DNA of 46,869 bases from Phocaeicola sp. (GTDB taxonomy: Bacteria > Bacteroidota > Bacteroidia > Bacteroidales > Bacteroidaceae): contig NZ_DBEXBB010000129.1 in assembly GCF_048170425.1 (NCBI RefSeq), positions 1 through 46,869 on the forward strand, in the 5' to 3' direction. Below, one piece after another: positions 36,514 through 46,869 of the stretch. The stretch's first letter is position 1; each line of letters begins with the position of its first letter. Position numbers and translations under genes: made by a program. The notes beneath the pieces are model-generated. The model searched no databases. It was not told the origin of the DNA and saw nothing but the letters and a program-made list of their open reading frames with translations.

Positions 36514-39417
36514 ATGAAGAAATGTTTGATATATGTCTACCTCCTTTTGTTGACCAGTCTGTGCTGTTTGCAAGCAGGAGCTGTTTCGTCCGAAATCCGT
36601 AGCTTGTCCGTGTCTGACGGACTCCCTGATTTGGTCATTAATACGATATACAAAGATTCAAAAGGCTATGTCTGGATGGGAACTAATACCTCAGTGGAGC
36701 GTTTTGATGGCATACGCCTGGAGCATTACATGGTAGAGGGTAGCAATGAGAATCTGAAGCGGGTGTTTGCGCTGGTTGAAATGCCGGATAATGAACTGTG
36801 GGTTGGTACGGGTATGGGACTTTTCCGTCTGGCCGACGATGCCGAAAAGCTTGAACAGCTGGCTCCTGAAATGATTACAAGTGGAGTCCATGCATTTTGT
36901 AAGTTGGAAGATGTGCTCTATGTGGGTACGGAAAAAGGATTGTATGTATATAAGGCAGGGGTTTTTGAGCATGTGCTGGTAGACAAGAATGTCTTTTCGC
37001 GTGCGAATTTTGTAACGGGAATGGCAGAAGGAGAAGGCGGCATATTGTGGCTCTCTACTATGGAAGGCTTGAAATCTCTTCGTTTGTCCGACCGTGCCAT
37101 CACTTCTTTTCCGGATAAATTGGCAAAAGACGGGCAGAATCTTTCTTTTTACAACATCACGCGCATCGGCTCAAAGATTTTTATGGGCACAATGACTAGC
37201 GGTCTGGTGTTTTTCGATACTTCTACCAAGCACTTCGCACGCTATCTGGATGTAGGTTGCGGAGTGATTTCTGCCTTGTCAGGCGATGGAAAAGACCTGC
37301 TTTATGTGGGAACGGACGGGAATGGTGTACATTTTATTTCTGTAAGTAGCCATCGTGTCGTCCGTACCTTCCGGCATGACCGTGAGTCAGACGGGCAGAT
37401 TCGTTCCAATTCTGTGTACTCGGTATTAGTAGACCGTGACGGCTTGTTATGGATTGGCTTTTATCAGTTGGGGGTGGATTACACCTTGTTTCAGAGTGAC
37501 TTGTTCTCCACCTATCAATATGAGAACGTATTTGATTCCAGAGACATGGCGGTCCGTACCATTGCCTTTCATGGAAGTCAGAAACTGATAGGTTCGCGCG
37601 ACGGCTTCGTGTTTATCGATGAAGCCGATGGCAGATTCCAGATATTCAAGGCTCCCCGTCTGCGGGCTTCCATTATTGTATCAAGCTGTTATTTCGACGG
37701 AAAATATTATATCGGAACATATGGAGGAGGTATGTATGTGCTCGATGGCACTACATTGGAACTGCGAGATTTTGAGATTGCTTCTGAACCCTTCCAGTAT
37801 GGACATATTTTTGTACTTCGCCCTGACGACCGGGGAAATCTGTGGATAGGTACTTCTGCCGGACTTTATTGTTATCGGAACGGGAAAATTGTGCGCCATT
37901 TTAAAAGCGACAGTTCCAAGTTACCCGAAGGCAACGTCTATGAGATTTATTTTGATTCTTCTCATAAAGGATGGATTTGTACGGAAAGCGGTATTTGCAT
38001 TTGGGATCCTTCTTCCGAAAGCTTAAAGAACGATGTGTTTCCGGAAGGATTTGTGCATAAAGAAAAAATCCGCATGATTTATGAGACCTCCGACCATCAA
38101 CTCTATTTTCTTCCGGATAAGGGAGAATTGTTTGTGTCCGACTTGACCATAAGCCATTTCAGCAGGCTGATGCCTGGTACTTTATTGGACGGAAAATCTT
38201 TGATGGCCGTGGTAGAAGATTCGGAAGGCTGGTTGTGGGTGGCGACCAATAAAGGTATGTATCGTTTTGATAAGAAAACTAAGGTGGTACCTTTCAATTT
38301 TGCGGATGGCATTCCCAGCCTGATATTCATCAATTGTATTCCTATAAAAGATGACGAAGGGAACTTCTGGTTTGGTAATTCCAGGGGACTGGTGCGCCTG
38401 AACGGGAAAGACATGGATATGCTCCCCAGCCGTTATATTATTTCCTTGTCGGATGTCCTGGTCAACGGAAAGAGCATGCAGCATCAGCTTTCGGGAGAAG
38501 AAGGTCATTACGTGCTTACCTTGGAGAATTCACAGAAGAGTGTAATCATTCAGTTCTCTGCACTTACGTACAGCGACCCGAACAGTCTGATGTATGAGTA
38601 TAAATTAGGAGAGGACGGAGAATGGATTTCCTTGATGGGAAAATCAGAAGTATCACTGTATGATTTGCCTTCGGGAGTCACTTCTTTTGTTATCCGTCAG
38701 ATTGGCTATCCCGACTCAGCCATGACTTTAGATATTTGTATTCCTGACCGTTCCTGGTATAAATGGATATATTCTCTTTTAGCATTGTTGCTAGTGATTT
38801 CGGGAGTGTATGTATTTCGCCGTTGCTTGCTGCGTGTGGTATGGTCTGTATTGCGCAAACTGAACGGTATCAATGATACCGAAATGCCGGTAGTAGTAGA
38901 GACAGAAAAGACGGAAAAAGAGCCTGAAGAAACCTCTCAGGAAGTTGAAATCGCTCAGGAAGAAGTGTTGGAGAGGCCAGCAACGCCGAAACCTGAGAAA
39001 AAGTCAACTTCTTCCATTGAGGATAAATACCGGACGAACAAAGTCAGTCCGGAAGAGTGCAAGCGGCTTTTCCGTTTGCTGGAGCAGGAAATGAAGCGTA
39101 ATAAACCTTATCGTAATCCGGACCTCAAAGTGGCAGATCTTGCCGTGGCAATCGGTACTACTTCTCATTCGCTGTCGTATCTTTTCAATCAGTATTTGGA
39201 GAAGAACTATTATGATTATATCAACGAATACCGTGTGGAAGAATTCAAGTCGCTTATCCTGAAAGACGAGTATGCAAAATACACCTTGACTGCCATGGCA
39301 GAACTTTGTGGTTTTAGTTCGCGTGCCTCATTTTTCCGTACGTTCAAGAAGTTAGCGGGAATTACTCCGAACGAATATATCAAACAAGTCGCAGACGAGC
39401 ACCGTCCGGTCGATTGA
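36514..39417 (+). CDS. Membrane-spanning sensor/AraC regulator (beta-propeller, Y_Y_Y-like domain, TM, AraC HTH; no kinase or receiver domain)
   Basis: Repeated D..G.LWIGT propeller blades, YEYKL, TM WIYSLLALLLVISGVYVF, C-terminal PYRNPDL..DLA, YINEYRVE, CGFSSRASFFRTFKKLAGITP. Confidence 0.88.
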   Translation: MKKCLIYVYLLLLTSLCCLQAGAVSSEIRSLSVSDGLPDLVINTIYKDSKGYVWMGTNTSVERFDGIRLEHYMVEGSNENLKRVFALVEMPDNELWVGTGMGLFRLADDAEKLEQLAPEMITSGVHAFCKLEDVLYVGTEKGLYVYKAGVFEHVLVDKNVFSRANFVTGMAEGEGGILWLSTMEGLKSLRLSDRAITSFPDKLAKDGQNLSFYNITRIGSKIFMGTMTSGLVFFDTSTKHFARYLDVGCGVISALSGDGKDLLYVGTDGNGVHFISVSSHRVVRTFRHDRESDGQIRSNSVYSVLVDRDGLLWIGFYQLGVDYTLFQSDLFSTYQYENVFDSRDMAVRTIAFHGSQKLIGSRDGFVFIDEADGRFQIFKAPRLRASIIVSSCYFDGKYYIGTYGGGMYVLDGTTLELRDFEIASEPFQYGHIFVLRPDDRGNLWIGTSAGLYCYRNGKIVRHFKSDSSKLPEGNVYEIYFDSSHKGWICTESGICIWDPSSESLKNDVFPEGFVHKEKIRMIYETSDHQLYFLPDKGELFVSDLTISHFSRLMPGTLLDGKSLMAVVEDSEGWLWVATNKGMYRFDKKTKVVPFNFADGIPSLIFINCIPIKDDEGNFWFGNSRGLVRLNGKDMDMLPSRYIISLSDVLVNGKSMQHQLSGEEGHYVLTLENSQKSVIIQFSALTYSDPNSLMYEYKLGEDGEWISLMGKSEVSLYDLPSGVTSFVIRQIGYPDSAMTLDICIPDRSWYKWIYSLLALLLVISGVYVFRRCLLRVVWSVLRKLNGINDTEMPVVVETEKTEKEPEETSQEVEIAQEEVLERPATPKPEKKSTSSIEDKYRTNKVSPEECKRLFRLLEQEMKRNKPYRNPDLKVADLAVAIGTTSHSLSYLFNQYLEKNYYDYINEYRVEEFKSLILKDEYAKYTLTAMAELCGFSSRASFFRTFKKLAGITPNEYIKQVADEHRPVD

Positions 39418-39447
39418 CGGGGCTTTTCGTGTCAGAATGTGAAAAAT

Positions 39448-39497
39448 AACCCCATACAAAAGTCTCAAATTATTATTTGACACTTTTGTATGGGGTT
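39448..39497. terminator. Long inverted repeat (probable terminator, also contains a candidate operator)
   Basis: AACCCCATACAAAAGT-C-TCAAAT TATT ATTTGA-C-ACTTTTGTATGGGGTT followed by TCTTATTTT. Confidence 0.7.
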
Positions 39498-39600
39498 TCT
39501 TATTTTGTTGTAAATCAGTTGTTTGTATGAAAATTAGTCTTGTAGGATAAGGTGAGATTCATTCCATGTTACATTTGTTTTAGTTTTTTGGAATTGTAAA

Positions 39601-39608
39601 TACATTTG
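39601..39608 (+). promoter_or_regulatory. -7 promoter element TACATTTG for the ECF sigma gene
   Basis: TAnnTTTG match 30 nt before ATG 39639; second identical octamer at 39570-39577. Confidence 0.65.
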
Positions 39609-39638
39609 CAGTGTCAAAAAATCAAAACAAGCTAATTT

Positions 39639-40160
39639 ATGAAAGACCTGACGAACACATCCAATGAGTTAGTAGCACAGATTTTTGCGGACTACCATCA
39701 GTCGGTCTTCTTTTATATCTATAAGAAAATAGGGAAAAAGGAAGATTCGGAAGATTTGGTTCAGGACGCGTATCTTCGTCTTTTGGAATATCGTACCATG
39801 CTTCGTTCTGACACGGTGAAGTATTTTTTGTTTACGATTGTACGTAATCTGGTGTCCGACTACCTCCGCCATTTTTATAAAAGACAGGAGGTTGCCGCTT
39901 ATTTGGAAGAAAGTTATCAGACTCGGCAGATTGGAGGAGATACGGATGCCCGTGTCATTGTCCGTGACTTGCAGAAACTGGAACTGATGCGGGTGAAATG
40001 TCTGCCTTTCCAGCGTCGGAAAATCTATGTCATGAATCGTTTTGAGGGGAAAAACTCGGCTGATATTGCTGCCGAACTAAGTCTTTCACAGCGTACGGTG
40101 GAGAATCATCTGTTCATCAGTCGTAAGGAAGTACGCAACTATATGAAACAATGTATATAA
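39639..40160 (+). CDS. ECF-type RNA polymerase sigma factor
   Basis: EDLVQDAYLRL, FLFTIVRNLVSDYLRH (region 2); LP..RRKIY.MNRFEG....IA.EL.LSQRTVENHL (region 4). Confidence 0.93.
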   Translation: MKDLTNTSNELVAQIFADYHQSVFFYIYKKIGKKEDSEDLVQDAYLRLLEYRTMLRSDTVKYFLFTIVRNLVSDYLRHFYKRQEVAAYLEESYQTRQIGGDTDARVIVRDLQKLELMRVKCLPFQRRKIYVMNRFEGKNSADIAAELSLSQRTVENHLFISRKEVRNYMKQCI

Positions 40161-40202
40161 ATAATGATAAGAAGTAAAAACGTTAATTTAAAGTTTAATC
40201 TT

Positions 40203-43200
40203 ATGAAGAATGGTTTTCTGAAAAATTCATCGCAGAGAGTCCTTTTTTCAGCCATGATGGTTTCGGCTCTAGTAGCCGGCAACGTGGCTCCGATGCATGC
40301 GGAAGTGGTTTCTGTACAGTCGGTTCTGCAATCGGTGAGTGTGAAAGGACAGGTACTGGATGCTGAGGGTATTCCTGTTATTGGTGCAAGTATCCTTGAA
40401 AAAGGAACAACAAATGGTGTGATAACAGACATAGACGGAAATTATTCGTTGAATGTGTCTTCTAAAAATGCAATAGTGGTGATTTCTTATATTGGCTATA
40501 AAACTGTGGAATTGCCGGCTTCCAGTCCTAATTTGCTGAAAGTCACTTTAAAAGAAGATACTGAGGTGTTAGATGAAGTTGTGGTTGTAGGTTATGGAAC
40601 ACAAAAGAAAGAATCATTGACAGGAGCAGTTACCGTGGTTGACTCAAAAGCATTCAAAGAAAAAGGGAGCTTGTCTAGCCCGCTGGCTGCTCTTCAAGGA
40701 CAGGTTCCAGGAGTTATGATTTCACGTTCTTCTTCAGCACCTGGTGATGAAAGCTGGAGTATGAATCTGCGTGGTTCCGTGTCTGTTAACTCAATCGAAC
40801 CATTGGTGGTTGTAGATGGAGTGGCTTATACCAGTGTGAACGATTTGCGTTTGATAAATTCAAATGATATAGAATCCATTAACTTCTTGAAAGATGGAGC
40901 CGCTGCTATTTACGGTTCGCGTGCTGCCGGTGGTGTAGTATTGATTACTACGAAGAAAGGTAAGGAAGGGAAGACAAAGGTGGAATATAGCGGAACGGCT
41001 ACATTGAAAACCGTAGGTTTGATGCCTCAACTGATGAATATAGACCAATGGGCAGACGGAGTAATGACTGCATTGGAAAATGACAACAATACATCAAATG
41101 AGTGGTATGCCTATGCGCAGTTAGCCCAAAAGATGAAAGGTTCTTATTTGGACAAACGTTATGGAGGAAGCCCTTTTGGCACTGATAAGTTTGGCGATGT
41201 GGCAGACTTTGTTTTTGATGATTCGGTCGACTGGTTAGGTTCTTTGTTCGGAAGTACTTGGTCTACAGAACAGAATCTGAGTATTTCAGGAGGAACGGAA
41301 CGCTCATCTTACCGTCTTTCTTTAAGTTATTTGTATGATGGCTCTACACTTCAATACGGAAATAACAACAATAACCGCTATAATTTCCGTTTGAACAATA
41401 CCTTCAAGCTGACAGATAACTTGACATTAGATTCATCGATTTCGTATAATCGTCAGGAACAGGTATCACCGTCCATGATTTCGTCTGTACTTACAGTGCT
41501 GATGCCGATGCCGGGTTTACCTCTCACGACGTTGGATGGAAAGCCGTATGCTTGGGGAACATGGGGATCTCCTGTGGCTAAAGTATCAGAAGGAGGGGAT
41601 AATCGTTTGTCTGTTTCGGCATTCAGTGTAAGTGAGACATTAAATTGGACATTGACAGATTGGTTGACTGCTAATGCCAATGTGGGTTATAACACTAGTA
41701 CGGCTACCAGAAACCAAGAAGAGAATGCGATTACTTATTATAATTATTTGGGTGATGTCCAGACACTGGTTGATCCTATTCAGGCAAACTCCTCTTATAA
41801 ACAAACCAGTTCTAGAACGGATTTTTACTCTGTAACAGGGTTCTTGAATGCACACAAAACATTTAATCAAGACCATGATTTAAGTTTGACATTAGGTGCC
41901 CAGTACGAATTCAAAGAATATACTTATTTTGGTGCTAAAGTAAAGGATACCCAGAATGGTCTGGAAATAGTAAACGGTTCCGGAGAAATAACCTTAAGTG
42001 GGGATGAAGACAAGTACCAGAATGCAAATATGTCTTATTTCGGACGTTTCAATTATAGTTACAAGGACAAATATCTGCTGGAAGTAAACGGGCGTTATGA
42101 TGGTTCTTCCAAATTCCAGCCGGAAAACCGTTGGGATTTATTCTATGGCGCTTCTTTAGGATGGAGAATCAAGCAGGAAAACTTTATGCAGAATATTGAC
42201 TGGTTGAGCGACTTGAAGTTGCGTGTGTCTTACGCTGAGATGGGTAACCAAAGTGGTATTGCCAATTATGATGGCGTACAGCTGTATAATATGGTGGCTG
42301 GAACAGGAGCTTATGTAGGTGACGGAAAGCTTTCGTATATTAAGACTAATGGTGAACTGGCTTCTCGTTCTCGTAGCTGGGAGCGCATTAAAAACTATAA
42401 TGTGGGTGTAGACTTCGGAGTCCTGAACGGTGCATTGAGTGGTTCTGTTGAAGCCTTCCTGAAGAAGAACGATAACATGTTGGTCAGCATTACGTATCCT
42501 GGTATTTTGGGAGATAAAGCTCCTAAGGCAAATGCCGGTAAATTCAAAGATTGGGGATTTGAAGGCCAGATGACGTATCGCGGAAATGAGGCAGGTGTAA
42601 ATTACTATGTAGGAGGAACGTTTACGTTCGCACGTAATGAACTGGTGGACTATGGAGGAACAACTGTCTTGAAGTCTGGATACACTACTACTCAGCAGGG
42701 TTATGCATTGAACTCTATTTTTGGTCTGCGCTATGGAGGCAAGATACAGAACGAAGAACAGTTGAAAGCTTATCTGGCCAAGTATTATGAAAATAACGGT
42801 ATCAATATGCCCAGTAATCTGCGTGTAGGTGACAATATGTATTGTGATGAAAATGGGGATGGTGTACTGGATGAAAAAGATTATATCTACTTGGGAAGTG
42901 ATACCCCTGAAATATCTTATTCGTTCAATGCCGGAGCTTCTTACAAAGGATTTGATGTAAGCGTAATTTTCCAAGGATCTGCCAATCGTTTTGTATACCG
43001 TGGAATAGACAACTGGACAGTTCCATTCCGTTCTAATTACACGAATACCATTACATCTTCTATCGGCAATGTGTGGAGCCCAGAAAATCCGGATGCTTAC
43101 TATGCACCTTATACGAATGATACAAATATCAACAATTATAACTATCAGGCATCTTCTCTTACCTCACAAGATGGACGTTATCTTCGTTTGAAGAATCTGA

Positions 43201-43421
43201 CTATCGGTTATACATTTACAGATAAACTGCTACAAAAGATTAAATTCCTGTAGGGAGCCCGTATTTACGCTACCGGTACAGACTTGTGGGAATATACAAA
43301 GATTAAAGATGGATGGGATCCGGAAGCACCTGCTTATGAGAGTGACGGAACACCGGCTAAAGGCTTGAAGCGTTATCCATTTACTCGTAATATTACATTT
43401 GGGGTTAATTTAACTTTCTAA
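40203..43421 (+). pseudogene. susC: SusC/RagA TonB-dependent transporter interrupted by in-frame TAG at 43251-43253
   Basis: LDEVVVVGYGTQKK, KDGAAAIYGSRAAGGVVLITTKKG, RYDGSSKF, YLRLKNLTIGYT; the frame continues 55 aa beyond TAG to YPFTRNITFGVNLTF-TAA. Confidence 0.88.
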
Positions 43422-43434
43422 AAAGACAAACTTT

Positions 43435-45180
43435 ATGAATAAGAAACATTATATAAGGACAGCATGCCTGTCAGTTTTGAGCTTGTTTGCGGTGTCTTGT
43501 CTCGATTTAGATCCGAAAGCACAATTGGGAGACAATCTGGTATGGAATAAGGCTGATAATTTTCAGTTGTTTGCCAATCAGTTTTATAGCTGGACTCGTG
43601 ATTTCCAGTTATCTACAACCAATACGTATGGCAATGGCGTAAGTGATGGCCCGCACAGTGATTACCGTTCTGATTTGATTGCTACATCTTCTATCAATAC
43701 GTATAGTCAGGGTACCAATGTAATTCCTGCGGAAGATAACAACTATACTACTTTGTATAAGCAGATTTATTATACAAATTTATTGCTGAACCGTGCTGAG
43801 TCGTTCGAAGATAAGGCTGCAATTGCTGTGCCAGTGGCAGAGGCTAAATTTTTCCGTGCATACTGCCATTTTGAACTTGTGCAGATTTGGGGAAATGTGA
43901 TTTTGCTGACTCAGCCTTTGGATTTGACATCCGGTGAGTTGTACGCAGCGCGTAATGACAGAGGTGAAGTGATTGATCAGATTGTGACAGACTTGCAGGA
44001 GGCTGCAGAGGCCTTACCTGAAACTACAGAGGCAGGAAGACTGACCAAGTATGCGGCCTATGCTATGTTGTCACGTGTGGCACTTTATGAGGGGACCTGG
44101 CAGAAGTTTCATGCAAACGGAGCAGATACTGAAACTAATACAGAGCGGAGTACTGAATTGCTGACTATTGCAAAGAATGCAGCTTATAATGTCATTAAGG
44201 ACAATAAATACAAGTTGTTTTATAATGAAACATTAGGTAACCAAAGCTATCGTTATATGTTTATTCTGGAAGATGCCGCCCAATGTAATCCGGCTAACCT
44301 GCATAAGAGTGATAACACGGAATATATTCTGGCGCATCGTCACAGAGACGGTGATAAGGGAACAAACATCACTCACGGAATGTTGGCAAATGTATGCTAC
44401 ATTACTCGTAAAATGGCCAATATGTATTTGTGCTCCAATGGGTTGCCTATAGAAAAGGCGGGTGAGACCTTTAAAGGATACTCTGGTGCAACTACAGAGT
44501 TTCAGAACCGTGATAACCGTATGACAAATACATTGTTACAGCATGGACAGAAATATTGGAACAATGATGGCAAATGGCGTACTACATGGAATGATGAGGA
44601 TTTGAATAATGCATTAGAGGCGAACGTGCGCTCAAACAGCGGTTATCAGAATTATAAATGGTGTGTAGAACGTCAGGTGGCCGATTATTATGAATCAATG
44701 GATTATCCGGTAATCCGTTATGCGGAGGTCTTGTTGAATTATGTAGAGGCTGCATATGAGTTACAGGGAAGCATTAGTAATGATGAGTTGAAATACCTGA
44801 ATGATGTGCGTACACGTGTCAATCCGGATATGCCGGAACTGACTAATGAATTTGCGAGTCTGCATGGATTGTCTATGCGTGAAGAAATACGTAGAGAGCG
44901 TACCGTGGAACTGTTCCTTGAAGGTTTCCGTATCGATGACTTGAAACGCTGGGCTACAGCGCCGGAAGAAATGCCTCAAGACCAGTTGGGAGTAAAGGTA
45001 AAAGGTACTTGGTTTGAAACAAACTGGTCGGCACAATCCCGCCAGTTGAATGATGAGGGATGTATTATCTTGTACGACGGACGTGTGTGGGATGACAAAC
45101 TCTATTTATATCCTCTGCCTTCAGACCAGTTGCAATTGAACCCGCAATTGGGACAGAATCCGGGTTGGAGTAATAATTAA
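43435..45180 (+). CDS. susD: RagB/SusD-family lipoprotein
   Basis: Lipobox AVSC, EAKFFRAY, IRYAEVLLNYVEA, ERTVELFLEGFRIDDLKRW, YLYPLP...NP.LGQNPGW. Confidence 0.95.
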   Translation: MNKKHYIRTACLSVLSLFAVSCLDLDPKAQLGDNLVWNKADNFQLFANQFYSWTRDFQLSTTNTYGNGVSDGPHSDYRSDLIATSSINTYSQGTNVIPAEDNNYTTLYKQIYYTNLLLNRAESFEDKAAIAVPVAEAKFFRAYCHFELVQIWGNVILLTQPLDLTSGELYAARNDRGEVIDQIVTDLQEAAEALPETTEAGRLTKYAAYAMLSRVALYEGTWQKFHANGADTETNTERSTELLTIAKNAAYNVIKDNKYKLFYNETLGNQSYRYMFILEDAAQCNPANLHKSDNTEYILAHRHRDGDKGTNITHGMLANVCYITRKMANMYLCSNGLPIEKAGETFKGYSGATTEFQNRDNRMTNTLLQHGQKYWNNDGKWRTTWNDEDLNNALEANVRSNSGYQNYKWCVERQVADYYESMDYPVIRYAEVLLNYVEAAYELQGSISNDELKYLNDVRTRVNPDMPELTNEFASLHGLSMREEIRRERTVELFLEGFRIDDLKRWATAPEEMPQDQLGVKVKGTWFETNWSAQSRQLNDEGCIILYDGRVWDDKLYLYPLPSDQLQLNPQLGQNPGWSNN

Positions 45181-45210
45181 AATTGTGTTTATTCATTTTA
45201 GAAGATTCGT

Positions 45211-46533
45211 ATGATGACATATCAATTATATAAAAAGTTTGGCGGTATCTTATTGGCTGCAATTTCTATTGCAATGGTTGCATGTCAGGATGATGAAAGT
45301 GCTGAATTAAGTCAATCAGTGTATCCGGAGTCAATAACACTTGATATTCCGGAAGAGGTAAAACCGTTAATTTATAAAGACGAGAATGGTACAAATGTAT
45401 TGCCTTTGTTAAAAGGTGAAACAGTTCAGCTGGGATATACCATTCTTCCAGAGAATGTAACGTTCAATGAGATAGTATGGGCTTCAAGTGATTCGGATGT
45501 GGCCGAAGTAGACCCGAATGGTGTAGTCAAGGCTGTTAATGGAGATGGCTCAACTTATTCAGTCATACAAGTTTCTCCTTCTGCCTTTTATGCTGGAAGT
45601 GGTATCTATGGCACATTGAAAGTGATGGTATCCAATGACATGATACAAGCGGAAAGTATTTCTTTGTCTGCTGAGTCTGATCAGGTATACATGGGAGAGA
45701 CTGTGCAGCTGCAATACGCTATATTGCCAGAAAACACAACCTATAAGACTGTGAAATGGTCTACTTCTGATGAGTCGGTTGCCACAGTGGATGAAAATGG
45801 CTTGGTTACAGCTCAGCTTATTGATGCAATTACCGAAACGGTTACCATTACAGCTTCGGCTTTGGATGGATCACAAGTATATGCAAGTAAGCAACTTACC
45901 ATAATGAAGATTGTTCAGCCTGAGGATATTACTATTGAACAGAGTGTGTCTGTAGAACAGGGATACGTATGGGCGATTACGGATAAGACGGTCACACTGG
46001 AATATGATACATATCCTGAGGAATGTACCACTTCTTTGATAGAATGGACTTCCAGTAACGAGGATATTGCTACTGTACATCAAGGTGTGGTAAGTTTTAA
46101 TCAGAATGGAGTTTTTGGTGATGTGACGATTACCGCAACTTGCCCTGAAACAGGAAAGTCATCTTCTATCAAGTTGCGTCTGGAAGAAGGGCTAGTACGT
46201 GAACTGTTCCATGATGAAAATAACTATACATGGTATAATGCAAAACAAGGCAGTAATGGAACTGAATCTTCTCATGTATGGCATGATGGGTATTTGACAG
46301 TGACTACTTATACACAGACTGCTGGAACCAAGCAACGTGGTGACTTTAGATGTTGGAGTCCCAAGACTTGGCTGCATGCTGGCAAATATCCTATCTTTGC
46401 TATCCGCATGGAGGACGTTGCCGATAAGTATAAAGATGAAGGTGTGACTGTACGTAATATTAACCTGGATGCAGCTGGAGTTTGTGGTGGTACCACTTTC
46501 AGTGGAAATTTAGGTGGTGACAATAATAAATAA
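45211..46533 (+). pseudogene. Surface lipoprotein with tandem Ig-like (Big_2) domains, 3'-truncated by IS insertion
   Basis: Lipobox MVAC; three W.SS...A.V..G.V repeats; the TAA is formed exactly at the IS end junction (AAT AAA TA|ACGTGAG). Confidence 0.75.
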
Positions 46534-46869
46534 CGTGAGTTCGAAATAAGAATAAATATATTTAACTGATAGTTAGGAACATAGCGATAAAAGTATTAAA
46601 TTTATAGTGCTGAATTATAACATTTAAACGATTACCACTATGTTTCCAGAGTCTAAAGTTACAGAGATTTATTGTATGGCTGATGATTTTTGCAAGGAAT
46701 TTGCGTTACAACAGGAAAAATATATGATTGAAGACAGTAAAAAGAAGCATCGCAACAAGCCCAACCGCATGAGTGATGCTGAGATTATGGTTATTCTTAT
46801 TCTGTTCCATTCTGGCGGTTTCCGCTGTTTCAAGCATTATTATAAGGAGTATGTGTGCAAACATCTGAA
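46533..46869 (+). mobile_element. IS982-family insertion sequence, left end (runs off window)
   Basis: Begins ACGTGAGTTCG (IS982-type AC-terminal IR as recalled), AT-rich leader, then transposase ORF. Confidence 0.85.
46640..46869 (+). CDS. IS982-family transposase (N-terminal part; absent from ORF track)
   Basis: MFPESKVTEIYCMADDFCKEF...RNKPNRMSDAEIMVILILFHSGGFRCFKHYYKEYVCKHL, open to the window end. Confidence 0.88.
   Translation, partial: MFPESKVTEIYCMADDFCKEFALQQEKYMIEDSKKKHRNKPNRMSDAEIMVILILFHSGGFRCFKHYYKEYVCKHL

Noticed and set aside
36023..36602. ORFs 36258..36602 (+) and 36023..36397 (-)
   Set aside because: They run across the 22-bp repeat array and overlap real genes; no protein-like features.
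39448..39497. Invertible promoter or MITE
   Set aside because: Arms are separated by only 4 nt, enclose no promoter, and no recombinase or target duplication is visible.
43251..43253. Genome-wide TAG recoding or pyrrolysine
   Set aside because: TAG is a genuine stop elsewhere (e.g. right after the terminal Phe at 10247-10249); no pyl genes or suppressor tRNA in the window.

Overview
Chromosomal window from a gut Bacteroidaceae member (Bacteroides/Phocaeicola-like, judged from TAnnTTTG promoters, susC/susD genes and gene content). Left to right: a partial TlpA-like redoxin lipoprotein; a 129-aa leader ORF whose stop codon sits at the apex of a long terminator-like hairpin directly ahead of a complete biotin operon (bioB-bioA-bioF-bioG/DUF452-bioC-bioD); a low-complexity secreted protein plus a FadL/OmpP1-like barrel; a minus-strand porin/SBP/Gfo-Idh-MocA/DUF4421 cluster; a TPR-ferredoxin-2-oxoacid:ferredoxin oxidoreductase operon containing a 57-aa membrane ORF missing from the ORF track; a divergent NfnAB/GltD-like fusion; a 22-bp-period palindromic array; a DUF4468 protein; rpiB-tkt; an L-arabinose locus (araP, araM, araR, araD, araA, araB) with visible AraR-type operators; and a polysaccharide utilization locus (heparinase II/III-like lyase, kinase-less membrane-spanning AraC sensor, ECF sigma with no adjacent anti-sigma, susC, susD, Ig-like lipoprotein). 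The PUL appears doubly damaged: an in-frame TAG near the end of susC and an IS982-family insertion in the lipoprotein gene. The best candidate for an undescribed system is the leader-ORF/attenuator ahead of bioB. All family calls are from motif recognition and recall, not database searches.
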